From: Solirubrobacteraceae bacterium
GTDB taxonomy: Bacteria; Actinomycetota; Thermoleophilia; Solirubrobacterales; Solirubrobacteraceae
Direction of reading: 5' to 3'
DNA: 64,000 nt
NCBI GenBank assembly: GCA_036510155.1
Contig: DATCEK010000161.1
Coordinates: 5,347 to 69,346, forward strand
Part shown: in pieces, positions 53,310 through 62,144 of the stretch
Numbering within the stretch: the first letter of the stretch is position 1
How the letters are laid out: every line of letters starts with the position of its first letter
Position numbers and translations under genes: made by a program
Notes under the pieces: generated by a model
Seen by the model: only the letters and a program-made list of their open reading frames with translations
What the model was told of the DNA's origin: nothing
The model's database searches: none

Positions 53310-55363
53310 ACAGCGCCACCGTCAAGCGCCTGCTGCGCCACACCGACCTGCTCGCCGCGGTCGCCGTCGTCTGCGTGGTGACGATGCTGGTCGTGCCGCT
53401 ACCGCCGGCGCTCCTTGACCTGCTGATCACGCTCAACATCTCCGCGGCGCTGACAATCGTCGTGGCCACCATGTACTTGGGCAAGGCGCTCGATTTCGCC
53501 TCTTTCCCGAGCCTCTTGCTCCTGACGACGATGTTTCGCCTGGCGATCAACGTTTCCGTCACACGCCTGATCCTCACCACCGGCGACGCCGGCAGCGTAG
53601 TGAAGGCCTTCGGCTCGTTCGTGGTGGGGGGAAACGTCGTCGTCGGCCTCGTCATCTTCCTAATCCTCGTCGTGATCCAGTTCGTGGTCGTCACCAACGG
53701 CGCCGGGCGAGTGGCCGAGGTGGGCGCGCGCTTCACGCTCGACGCGATGCCGGGCAAGCAGATGGCGATCGACGCCGACCTGAACGCCGGCTTGATCTCA
53801 GACGACCAGGCGCGCGCAAGGCGCCAGGAAATATCGCGCGAGGCCGACTTCTACGGGGCGATGGACGGCGCCTCGAAGTTCGTCAAGGGCGACGCGATGG
53901 CGGCGCTCATCATCACAGCGATCAACCTCGTCGGCGGGATCGTCGTGGGCATGCTGCAAATGAATCTCGGCTTCGGCGAAGCCACCCAGAAGTACTCGCT
54001 GCTGACGGTCGGCGATGGGCTCGCCGCCCAGATCCCGGCGCTGCTGATTTCGGTCGCCGCAGGCATCATCGTCACACGCGCCGCTTCTAACCGCGACCTC
54101 GGCAGCGACATCGCCGGGCAGATCCTCTCCCAGAAGCGCGCGCCGATGGTGGCGGCCGGCGCGATCGGCCTGTTCGCGCTGATCCCCGGGCTGCCGAAGC
54201 TGCCGTTCCTGTTGATCGCGGCGATCTTCGGCGCGATCGGCTGGGCGGTACGCAACGGCATGCCCGAGGCGCAAGAGGCGGCCGCGGCCCAAGCGAAGGC
54301 CAAGGCCGCGGAGCTGGCCGCAGCGGCGCCCACCCCAGAGCCGTTGTCGGAGGTCGGCGTCGACGCCCTGGAGCTGGCGATCGGCTTCGGCCTCGTGCCG
54401 CTCGTCAATGGCGGCTCGCTCTTGCGCCGCGTGAGCATGATCCGCCGCCAGATAGCCGGCGACCTCGGCCTTGTGATCCCGCCGGTGCGCATCCACGACG
54501 AGCTCGGCATGGAATCGCACGAGTATGTACTGAAGGTGCGCGGCTCGGAGGTGACGCGCGGGCGCATCATGCCGGGGCACCTGCTGGCGATGGACCCGGG
54601 CGACGCGAGCGCCACCCTGCAAGGCATCCCCACGCGCGAGCCGGCCTTTGGCTTGGACGCGATGTGGGTGCACGACTCCGGGCGCGCCGAGGCCGAGGCG
54701 CTCGGCTACACCGTCGTCGATTCCGAGTCGGTGATCGTCACACACCTGACCGAGACGATCCGCTCGCACGCCGCCGAGCTACTGACGCGCCAGGACGTGC
54801 GCGCGCTGCTCGACAAGCTCAAGGAGTCAAACGCCGCGGTCGTCGAGGAGGTCGTGCCCGACACGCTGTCGCTCGGAGAGATCCAGCGCGTCCTACAGCT
54901 GCTGCTCTCAGAGGGCGTGCCGATCCGCGACCTGGGCACGATCGTGGAGGCAATCGGCGACAAGGCGCGAATAACGCGAGACACGAATCTATTGTCCGAG
55001 TACGCGCGCCAAGCGCTCGGCCGCGCGATCACAGCGCCTCACTTGGACGAGGAGCTGCGTTTGCGCGCGATCACCCTGGACCCGGCGATCGAGCAGGAGG
55101 TTGCGACCTCAATAACCCAGACGGCAGACGGAGAGTATTTGGCGATGGACCCACCAAGAGCACAGGCAATCGTCGGCGCCTTGCGAGCGCAGGTAGAGCA
55201 CGCAAGCGGACGCGGCGTCAGACCTGTACTGCTGTGCTCAGCGCGCGTGCGTCGCCACCTGCGTAGGCTGATCGCCCAAGCCCAGCCGCACCTGCCAGTC
55301 TGCTCCTACAACGAGATCGCACCGGGAATCAATGTTGAGACCATCGGCGTCATCCACGCATGA
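53306..55363 (+). CDS. flhA: Flagellar export protein FlhA
   Basis: FPSLLLLTTMFRLAINVS.TRLIL, GAGRVAEVGARFTLDAMPGKQMAIDADL, DFYGAMDGASKFVKGDA. Confidence 0.98.
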   Translation: MNSATVKRLLRHTDLLAAVAVVCVVTMLVVPLPPALLDLLITLNISAALTIVVATMYLGKALDFASFPSLLLLTTMFRLAINVSVTRLILTTGDAGSVVKAFGSFVVGGNVVVGLVIFLILVVIQFVVVTNGAGRVAEVGARFTLDAMPGKQMAIDADLNAGLISDDQARARRQEISREADFYGAMDGASKFVKGDAMAALIITAINLVGGIVVGMLQMNLGFGEATQKYSLLTVGDGLAAQIPALLISVAAGIIVTRAASNRDLGSDIAGQILSQKRAPMVAAGAIGLFALIPGLPKLPFLLIAAIFGAIGWAVRNGMPEAQEAAAAQAKAKAAELAAAAPTPEPLSEVGVDALELAIGFGLVPLVNGGSLLRRVSMIRRQIAGDLGLVIPPVRIHDELGMESHEYVLKVRGSEVTRGRIMPGHLLAMDPGDASATLQGIPTREPAFGLDAMWVHDSGRAEAEALGYTVVDSESVIVTHLTETIRSHAAELLTRQDVRALLDKLKESNAAVVEEVVPDTLSLGEIQRVLQLLLSEGVPIRDLGTIVEAIGDKARITRDTNLLSEYARQALGRAITAPHLDEELRLRAITLDPAIEQEVATSITQTADGEYLAMDPPRAQAIVGALRAQVEHASGRGVRPVLLCSARVRRHLRRLIAQAQPHLPVCSYNEIAPGINVETIGVIHA

Positions 55364-56748
55364 GTAACGCCCCGGCAGCCGAGGCGGGTCCAGTTCACAC
55401 CTACCGCGGGCGCACCGTCGAGGAGCTGCTCCCCCAGATCCAGGACGAGCTGGGCGCGAATGCAATCATCGTGCGCCGCCGCGAGGGCCTGAGCGGCGGT
55501 ATCGCCGGCTTCTTTCAGCGGCGCTTCGTCGAGCTGGACGCGACCGAGGGCGGACCGCAGATCGACGTTTATGACGAACCGCATCCGGGCGCGGCAGCGA
55601 CCTTTACGCCCCAGCGCGAACCTTCGCTCCACCGACGCCCTGCGCCGCAAGCAGAGGCGTTGAGCCCCCTCAATACCGCCTATGTCACCGAGCGCCTGGC
55701 TGCCCTCGCGCGAGCGGGGCCACTGGAGCCGGCACGCCTGCCGCAAGCCGAATCGACCGCGCGCATACCCCAATCGGTGGCGGACGTCGCGAAGCCGAGC
55801 GATCCGTTCGCGCTCATGCTGGAGCAGGCTTCCTCGCACGAGGAGCACATGTCGCCGCCGTGGTCTGGCTCGAGGGCAACACCAGGGCAGAGTCGGCACT
55901 CCGGCCAAGCCCCAGCCTCCAGCCAAGGTGCGACCCCCAGCTCGGGCGCCAGAGCCTCGGCACCCGCTTCAGCGCAAGCCCCGCTGCCCTCCCGCGCACG
56001 GACCAAGATCCAGGAGGGCCTGCTGGCACTCGGAGGCGGGGAGCAGTTTGCCGAAGAACTGATCGAAGGCGCCGCCGTCCACATCCGTCCGTTCGCGCCG
56101 CGAGCCAGCCTCAGCCAGGCCGTGCGATCGGCGCTCACGAGCCGCATCCCGGTGGCGCCACCGCTACCGGCGCAGGGTGCGGCGATCGTGCTCGTGGGCC
56201 CCGGCGGCGCCGGCAAGACGAGCTGCTGCGCCGCGCTGCTCGGCGCCTATCGCAAGGGCTCAGCGCTGCCGGCGAGCTGCGCCACACTGACCAGGACACA
56301 GGCAACCGGCGAGTTGCGCATGCTGCTCAGCCCGTACGTGATGAAGCCGACGGCAATCGACACCACCCGCGCCGTGCGCGCGCTGCGCAAGACCAAGAGC
56401 GAGGGCTTGCTCGTGATCGACACGCCCCCCCTCTCCCCGGGAGACCGCTCTGGGATACGCAAGTTGGCAAGCCTGCTCGCGGGGCTCGAGCCCGAGCGCA
56501 TTGTCGTGGTACTCCCCACCACGTTGAGCGCGGTTGCCGCCGAGCAACTGCTGAAGGCATTGGGACCCCTGAAGGCAAACGCGCTGGCGCTGACGCACAC
56601 CGACGACACCAACCAGATCGGTATGGCGATCGAGGCCGCATGCAAGTTCGGCCTGGCCCCCGAGTACACGCTTGGCCGTGCGCGCACCGGCGGCTGGACG
56701 GTCGGTCGGCTCGACCCGGCCGGACTGGCGGCCAAGCTCGTGCGGTGA
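55360..56748 (+). CDS. flhF: FlhF-like SRP-family GTPase with degenerate G motifs
   Basis: N-terminal TYRGRTVEELL.QIQDELG.NAII; G1 GPGGAGKTS; G3 DTPP; G4 THTD; follows flhA. Confidence 0.8.
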   Translation: MSNAPAAEAGPVHTYRGRTVEELLPQIQDELGANAIIVRRREGLSGGIAGFFQRRFVELDATEGGPQIDVYDEPHPGAAATFTPQREPSLHRRPAPQAEALSPLNTAYVTERLAALARAGPLEPARLPQAESTARIPQSVADVAKPSDPFALMLEQASSHEEHMSPPWSGSRATPGQSRHSGQAPASSQGATPSSGARASAPASAQAPLPSRARTKIQEGLLALGGGEQFAEELIEGAAVHIRPFAPRASLSQAVRSALTSRIPVAPPLPAQGAAIVLVGPGGAGKTSCCAALLGAYRKGSALPASCATLTRTQATGELRMLLSPYVMKPTAIDTTRAVRALRKTKSEGLLVIDTPPLSPGDRSGIRKLASLLAGLEPERIVVVLPTTLSAVAAEQLLKALGPLKANALALTHTDDTNQIGMAIEAACKFGLAPEYTLGRARTGGWTVGRLDPAGLAAKLVR

Positions 56749-57107
56749 GCCAGCAACGCGAGAACGTCCGTCTCCAGGCCGACCGGCCTGTGCTCGTCTA
56801 TATGGGCAAAGACCGCCAGCCAGTTCACACATACGCGGTCGACCTCTCCGGCGGCGGCCTGCTGCTCGCGGGTCCGCATGTATTGGAGATCGACGAGGAG
56901 ATCGAGTTCAAGCTGACTTTGGCGGCGGATCGCGAGCCGATTGTGGGGATGGGCAGGGTCGTGCGTAACGATTCCAGGGGGCGTCGTGCCATCACCTTCA
57001 GCCAGATGAGCGACGGCAATCGTCGCCGTCTGGTGCGCTTCATCTTCGAGCGCGAACGCGCCGAGCGGCGGCGTATGCTGGAAGCCGATGAGCGCAATGG
57101 CAACTGA
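56745..57107 (+). CDS. Stand-alone PilZ-domain c-di-GMP receptor
   Basis: RxxxR (QRENVR) and DxSxxG (DLSGGG) both intact; GTG overlaps the flhF stop. Confidence 0.88.
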   Translation: MSQQRENVRLQADRPVLVYMGKDRQPVHTYAVDLSGGGLLLAGPHVLEIDEEIEFKLTLAADREPIVGMGRVVRNDSRGRRAITFSQMSDGNRRRLVRFIFERERAERRRMLEADERNGN

Positions 57108-57633
57108 GGCGCAGGCCCTCGTCGAGCAGCCGCCGGTCAGCGAGACGGCCACGCCGGTAGCGGCACCGCCGACTGCGCCACCGCAAAAGCCGGCTGAGAA
57201 GCAGGCGAAGGGAAAGAGCAAGCAGTCCAAAGGCAAGGACGCCGCTGGAAAGGACAAGAAGGCCAAGGGCGAGAAAGCCGGGAGCAAGGCGGAGGAGGGC
57301 TCGCCCAGCGTGGCCGCCCACCCGCGCGCAGCACGCGCCGTGGCACAAGCGAAGGGCTGGGGAGGGCTCGCAGGTTTCTTCATCGCCGGCTACCTCTCAC
57401 TGCCAACGGGCACGCTCGCCCAAGCGGCTCTGCGAGCACTGATCGCCGGCAGCGTCTGCTACCTCGCAGCCTGGGCCGGGGCGGTGTTCGTATGGCGCAG
57501 ACTCGTGATCGTCGAGATCAAGGGCCGCGAACAGGCTTTGCTCTCAGGCGCCCAGGCAGCACTCGTGCCAGGCGAGCCCGCAGGCGCTACCGCCGAGCCT
57601 CCACGCGCGGGGACTGCCTCGCCGGGACGCTAG
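57088..57633 (+). CDS. Hypothetical membrane protein with Lys-rich N-terminus and two transmembrane segments
   Basis: Overlaps the PilZ gene end; hydrophobic GWGGLAGFFIAGYLS and ALIAGSVCYLAAWAGAVFVW. Confidence 0.72.
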   Translation: MSAMATEAQALVEQPPVSETATPVAAPPTAPPQKPAEKQAKGKSKQSKGKDAAGKDKKAKGEKAGSKAEEGSPSVAAHPRAARAVAQAKGWGGLAGFFIAGYLSLPTGTLAQAALRALIAGSVCYLAAWAGAVFVWRRLVIVEIKGREQALLSGAQAALVPGEPAGATAEPPRAGTASPGR

Positions 57634-57639
57634 CCGGAG

Positions 57640-57852
57640 ATGGACGCGGTCCCGCCAATTTCTCGCGGCCTGCCGCCGGTCATACGCGCGACCAGGCCAC
57701 CGGTGAAGCGGGTCGAGCGCATCTCACGCGATGAGGAGCGCCCGGAGAAGGACGAGCGTAAGCGCGAACAAGAAGAGCAGGCGGCCACAGCGCGTTTCGA
57801 GCAGGACAGTCCAGAGGAGGACGAGCGTCCACACATCGACATCCGCGTTTGA
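57640..57852 (+). CDS. Small charged hypothetical protein (70 aa)
   Basis: SD GGAG, ATG 6 nt after the previous stop; ends HIDIRV. Confidence 0.6.
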   Translation: MDAVPPISRGLPPVIRATRPPVKRVERISRDEERPEKDERKREQEEQAATARFEQDSPEEDERPHIDIRV

Positions 57853-57996
57853 ACCGGCACGCGAGGCTATGTCCGAAAGGCGATGCTTCCCGCGCGCGCG
57901 GGGAGCCATGTCGGGTTTTGGTCGCGTATGGGGCGGCCCCGCAGTGCAGGAAATCTTGCGCACAGAGGGAATCGTGCCGGCCGCGATGAATCCAGC

Positions 57997-58023
57997 TCAA
58001 GTTTCGTCGCTTGTCGGCGATAA
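57997..58023 (+). promoter_or_regulatory. Sigma-28-type promoter for fliC (TCAA-N15-GGCGATAA)
   Basis: Consensus match upstream of the flagellin leader. Confidence 0.8.
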
Positions 58024-58031
58024 CGAGATAT

Positions 58032-58085
58032 GAGCCGACACGGAGTGGGCTCGGGACCGACCAACAAATCGTCATCAAGGAGATG
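58032..58085 (+). promoter_or_regulatory. CsrA-binding-like sites in the fliC leader
   Basis: Hairpin GAGCC-GA-CAC-GGA-GTG-GGCTC (58032-58052) with GGA at the apex; second GGA in the SD (CAAGGAGATG). Confidence 0.65.
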
Positions 58086-58090
58086 AACGC

Positions 58091-58888
58091 ATGTCCCTCA
58101 TGATCAACACCAACCTGGCGGCGATGGACGCCAACAGGAACCTCAATGGCACCGAGAGCTCGCTCTCGACCGCCATGCAGCGCCTTTCCTCGGGTCTGAA
58201 GATCAACTCGGCCGCCGACGACGTCGCCGGCTACGCGATCAGCCAGAACCTGCAGGGCCAGGTCAACGGCCTCAACCAGGCCACCCAGAACAGCCAGGAC
58301 GCCGTTTCGCTTGCGCAGACGGCTCAGGGTTCGTTGAACGATGTCGAGCAGATGCTTCAGCGCGTCCGCGAGCTCGCGGTGCAGTACGCCAACGGCACGA
58401 CTTCAGAAGCCGACAAGGAAGCGATCAACTCCGAGGTCACGCAGTTGACGTCTGAGATTGAACGCGTCGGTGAAACGACTCAGTTCAACGGCATCGACCT
58501 GCTCAGCAAAGAAGCGACGATCTCCTTCCAGGTCGGCGCCAACGACAAAGAAGTGATCGGTGTCAAGACCGCTGATCTGAAGACAGCGATCGAAAAAAAG
58601 ATCGAACTCAAAGGTGCGGAACCGATCAAGGGCATCGATGAAGCGATCGACAAGGTCTCCGCTCTCGCCGGTGAATTCGGCGCGGTGCAGGATCGTATCC
58701 AGTACACCGAGTCCAACCTGGAAACTTACAGCCAGAATCTCTCTTCGGCTGTCAGTGGCATCACCGACGTGAACATGGCAGCGGAAATGACGAATTTCAC
58801 CAAGCTGCAGGTTCTCGAGCAGGCCGGCGTGTCAGTTCTGGCACAGGCCAACGCACAGCCCCAGGCTGTCCTGAAGCTGCTCGGCTAG
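58091..58888 (+). CDS. fliC: Flagellin, minimal (265 aa)
   Basis: MINTNLAAM, QRLSSGLKINSAADDVAG, LQRVRELAVQ.ANGT, TQFNGIDLL, ITDVNMAAEM, LAQANAQPQAVLKLL. Confidence 0.97.
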   Translation: MSLMINTNLAAMDANRNLNGTESSLSTAMQRLSSGLKINSAADDVAGYAISQNLQGQVNGLNQATQNSQDAVSLAQTAQGSLNDVEQMLQRVRELAVQYANGTTSEADKEAINSEVTQLTSEIERVGETTQFNGIDLLSKEATISFQVGANDKEVIGVKTADLKTAIEKKIELKGAEPIKGIDEAIDKVSALAGEFGAVQDRIQYTESNLETYSQNLSSAVSGITDVNMAAEMTNFTKLQVLEQAGVSVLAQANAQPQAVLKLLG

Positions 58889-58903
58889 TCCTCATCTCTT
58901 CCT

Positions 58904-58934
58904 CAGCGGTGGCGTTCTAAAGACGCCACCGCTG
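58904..58934 (+). terminator. Strong 12-bp stem-loop after fliC
   Basis: CAGCGGTGGCGT-N7-ACGCCACCGCTG; no U-tract. Confidence 0.7.
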
Positions 58935-59097
58935 CAGCGAAGCTCACCTGACAGGTGGTCGCTCAGGCGCGCCGGGTCAGGCGGGTCATATCGCTTCGGC
59001 GGTCCTGTGGGACCGCCGCGGCCACATACCGCCGCTTCATCGAGGGAACGGTGGTGGAAACGGGCGGCTTCGGCTGCCCGTTTCCCGTTTTTCGAGC

Positions 59098-59124
59098 TCA
59101 ACAGCGGACCCAAGCTGCCGATTA
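59098..59124 (+). promoter_or_regulatory. Sigma-28-type promoter for the CHAP gene (TCAA-N15-GCCGATTA)
   Basis: Consensus match 8 bp before ATG 59133. Confidence 0.78.
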
Positions 59125-59132
59125 CACGGGCG

Positions 59133-59915
59133 ATGTCCGTCGAATCTACGCTTTCGCAGGTCAGCGCGATCAGGCAGGCGCTCGCAGACCCGGCGGCATT
59201 GATCAGCTCGAGCGCCGCGATCAGCGGCGGCACCGAAGCGCCCAAGAGCGGCGGCACGCCCGGCACGACCAGCGCTGGCCAAGAATCCTCGTTTGCGGAC
59301 GCACTCACGCAGGCAAACGACAGCTACCAGAGCAGCGCCGCGCCGACCTCGCCATTCGCTGAGTCAGACGTATACAGCCCCACCCGGCCGGTGGGAATCC
59401 TGGGTCTCGGCTACTCGAGCCAGCCGCGGAATCCAGATGGCATCGTCGGCTCCTCGCTTGGCGCACCGGGCGAAAACGCTGGCGCGCGCATCGTGGCGAT
59501 CGCCGAAAGTCAGCTCGGCCAGACCGAGCAGCCGCCAGGCTCCAACGACTCTCCCGCGATCGCCGAATACCGCACCGCGACCGAAGGCGCGATCCCAGGC
59601 GCGCCGTGGTGCGCCTACTTCGCCTCGTGGGCAGCGCGCCAGGCCGGCGAGCCGCTGGGCACGCAAGGCCAGGGAATCGGCGACGTCTCAGAGATCTGGT
59701 CGTGGGCGCAGAGCAACGGCCGCGCGATAACCAACGGGCCGGGCGTCCTGCCCAAGCCGGGCGATCTGATCGTCTTCGGCGGAGAGCACGTTGGCATCGT
59801 CAGAGGTGTCCTGCCGGACGGCCAGATTGCGACGATCGAGGGCAACTACGAAAACAAGGTCGCCGCCAACGTACGTAGCCCCACCGAAGCGACGGGGTAT
59901 GTGAGCATGAGCTGA
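59133..59915 (+). CDS. CHAP-domain peptidoglycan hydrolase
   Basis: IAESQLG..EQPPGSND, PWCAYFASW, PGDLIVF..EHVGIV, TIEGN. Confidence 0.88.
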   Translation: MSVESTLSQVSAIRQALADPAALISSSAAISGGTEAPKSGGTPGTTSAGQESSFADALTQANDSYQSSAAPTSPFAESDVYSPTRPVGILGLGYSSQPRNPDGIVGSSLGAPGENAGARIVAIAESQLGQTEQPPGSNDSPAIAEYRTATEGAIPGAPWCAYFASWAARQAGEPLGTQGQGIGDVSEIWSWAQSNGRAITNGPGVLPKPGDLIVFGGEHVGIVRGVLPDGQIATIEGNYENKVAANVRSPTEATGYVSMS

Positions 59916-60668
59916 GTGCGCTTCACAGAGATCATCGCCATCGCCGCCGCCGGCCTGGCGGCGGGCATGATCAACACCGTCGTCGGCAGCGGCACGCTGA
60001 TCACATTCCCGGTGCTGCTGGCCTTCGGCTATGCACCGGTGACAGCCAACGTGTCGAACACGATCGGGCTGGTCCCGGGCTCGGTCTCGGGCGCGATCGG
60101 CTATCGGCGCGAGCTGATCGGCCAACGCAAACAGGCGATCCGCCTCGGCAGCGCCTCGGTGCTCGGCGGCGTCAGCGGCGCGGTGCTGTTGTTGGCGCTG
60201 CCGGCCGCTGCCTTCGAGGCGATTGTGCCCGTCTTCATCGGACTGGCGCTCGTCCTGATCGTGCTGCAACCACGCCTGACCTGCCTGCTCGCCGAGCATG
60301 CCGCCCATTCCGCGCACACCGGGCGCATCTTGCTGGCGGCGCTGTACGCGACCGGTGTCTACGGCGGCTATTTCGGCGCCGCCCAAGGGATTCTGCTGCT
60401 CGGCATTCTCGGCCTCGCGCTCCCCCAGGACCTGCATCGCACAAACGCGCTGAAGAACGTACTGGCCGGTCTCGTCAACGGCGTCGCCGGCGCGTTCTTC
60501 GTCTTCGCCGCGCACGTCGAGTGGGCGCCGGCGGCGATCATCGCCTGCAGCTCGATCGTCGGTGCGCAGATCGGAGCGAGATATGGGCGGCGCCTGAACC
60601 CGGTGGCCTTGCGCGCCTTGATAGTGGTGGTGGGCATCGCGGCAATCGTGCATTTCCTGGCGACCTGA
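59916..60668 (+). CDS. TauE/SafE family (sulfite exporter) membrane protein
   Basis: AGMINTVVGSGTLITFP, YGGYFGAAQG, NALKN, GAQIGARYGRRL. Confidence 0.9.
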   Translation: MRFTEIIAIAAAGLAAGMINTVVGSGTLITFPVLLAFGYAPVTANVSNTIGLVPGSVSGAIGYRRELIGQRKQAIRLGSASVLGGVSGAVLLLALPAAAFEAIVPVFIGLALVLIVLQPRLTCLLAEHAAHSAHTGRILLAALYATGVYGGYFGAAQGILLLGILGLALPQDLHRTNALKNVLAGLVNGVAGAFFVFAAHVEWAPAAIIACSSIVGAQIGARYGRRLNPVALRALIVVVGIAAIVHFLAT

Positions 60669-60838
60669 GCTTTAGAGCGCAAACGCATCCTGTGCTTGCG
60701 CCGTCATCTGGACGACTCCGCATAGGCAAGCCACAAACGAAGTGGGAAACACTCCTGGCAATGCCCGTCAGCCACCCTAGACTTGGATATCGCCACGCAG
60801 TAACGTTCCGAAGGTTCAGAGTAGATGGGCGGATTGTG

Positions 60839-61426
60839 ATGGTGGGAGAGAGCGAACGTTGGGTCAGCTGGCTGAAGGGCGGGTCTCCGTGGAAGGGACC
60901 TTTGCTTGCGCTGCTGCTCGAGCGTCCGGGCCACCCGTATGACTTTGCCAATCGGCTGGTGCATCGCGTCGGCCCGGCCTGGCGGCTGGACACCAACGAC
61001 GCCGGTCGCGTGCTTCGGCGGGCTGAGGAGCTCGGCTTGGCCTCCTCGGACATGGTCGACTCAAAACGCTCGCACCATCGCGTTCGCATGTATCAACCGA
61101 CCGAGCTGACCTCCAAGGCTGTCGAGCATTGGATGAGCAGCCCCGTACCCGCCGAGCCTGTGCGGGCCGAGCTGTGGACTCGGATGGTGGTCTCCGCCCC
61201 CGAGCACGCCCCGGCCTTGCTGGAGGCGCTCGACCATTTCGAGCGCCAGCTGTTCGAGCTGCTCCACGAGCACGGGGCGCCGTTTCCCACCAAGACATGG
61301 AAGGGCCTGGAGTTGGAGCTGGCACGGCGAGGCGTGGTGACGCGGGTAGAAGGAGACCTGGCGTGGATCGAACTGGCCCGCGGTCACATCCTCGAGTTCA
61401 CCGGCGCGCTCCGTGCCCCTGCTTGA
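60839..61426 (+). CDS. PadR-family transcriptional regulator
   Basis: LLALLLERPGHPYDFA..L wHTH, RMYQPTE...AVEHW, C-terminal RVEGDLAWIE; directly before the ABC genes. Confidence 0.75.
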   Translation: MVGESERWVSWLKGGSPWKGPLLALLLERPGHPYDFANRLVHRVGPAWRLDTNDAGRVLRRAEELGLASSDMVDSKRSHHRVRMYQPTELTSKAVEHWMSSPVPAEPVRAELWTRMVVSAPEHAPALLEALDHFERQLFELLHEHGAPFPTKTWKGLELELARRGVVTRVEGDLAWIELARGHILEFTGALRAPA

Positions 61427-62144
61427 GGTCACAGGCCTCTGCAAGCGCTACCCCGACGGCTCACGCGAGCTGGTCGTGCTCAACGACGCCTCCTTTGAGA
61501 TATTCGAGGATGACTTCGTCGGCCTGTGGGGCCTGCGTCGCGCCGGCAAGTCCACGCTGCTGAGAATTCTGGCCGGCCTGGAGGCGCCCGACAGCGGTAG
61601 CGTGCGCTTCGACGGCATCGAGCTGACCACGCTCTCCTCCGACGCCCGCGTGCGCCTGCTGCGCAACCAGCTGGCGCTGGCGTCGTTTGGCTGGGCGACG
61701 CATCGCAACCGCTCCGTGTGCGAACACGTCGCCCTGGCGGCCTGCGCCGATCATCGCATGACCGGGCGCAGCGCACGAGTGCTCGCCCGCCGAGCGCTAC
61801 ACCGATTGGCCGTGGTCGAGTGTGCCGAGCGACCGCTCGACCGACTCTCGCTCGACGAGCAGATACGCGTCGAGTTGGCCCGCGCTATCGTGCGCGGCCC
61901 GCGCCTCTTGCTGATAGACGATCCTCCAGTGCTGCAAAGCCCAACCGAGAACACCGAGCTGCACGAGCTGTTGCGCTCGCTGGGCGAGGAAGCTGGCCGA
62001 GCCGTGATGCTGAGCGCCTGTGACACCGCTCCGATTCAGCATGTAAAGCGGACGATGGCGCTCGGAAGGGGCCGCCTGCGCACAATGGATGCTCCGGGCA
62101 CAGTCCTACCGTTCCCGGATCGCACCGGGACCGGCGGGCCGTGA
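61413..62144 (+). CDS. Degenerate ABC ATPase (probably catalytically impaired)
   Basis: Walker A GLRRAGKST present; signature LSLDE, Walker B LLLIDDP, and no H-loop His. Confidence 0.8.
   Translation: MPLLEVTGLCKRYPDGSRELVVLNDASFEIFEDDFVGLWGLRRAGKSTLLRILAGLEAPDSGSVRFDGIELTTLSSDARVRLLRNQLALASFGWATHRNRSVCEHVALAACADHRMTGRSARVLARRALHRLAVVECAERPLDRLSLDEQIRVELARAIVRGPRLLLIDDPPVLQSPTENTELHELLRSLGEEAGRAVMLSACDTAPIQHVKRTMALGRGRLRTMDAPGTVLPFPDRTGTGGP

Noticed and set aside
58091-58888. fliC as a truncated pseudogene
   Set aside because: Both conserved termini, the promoter, SD and terminator hairpin are intact; the short length reflects missing D2/D3 domains.
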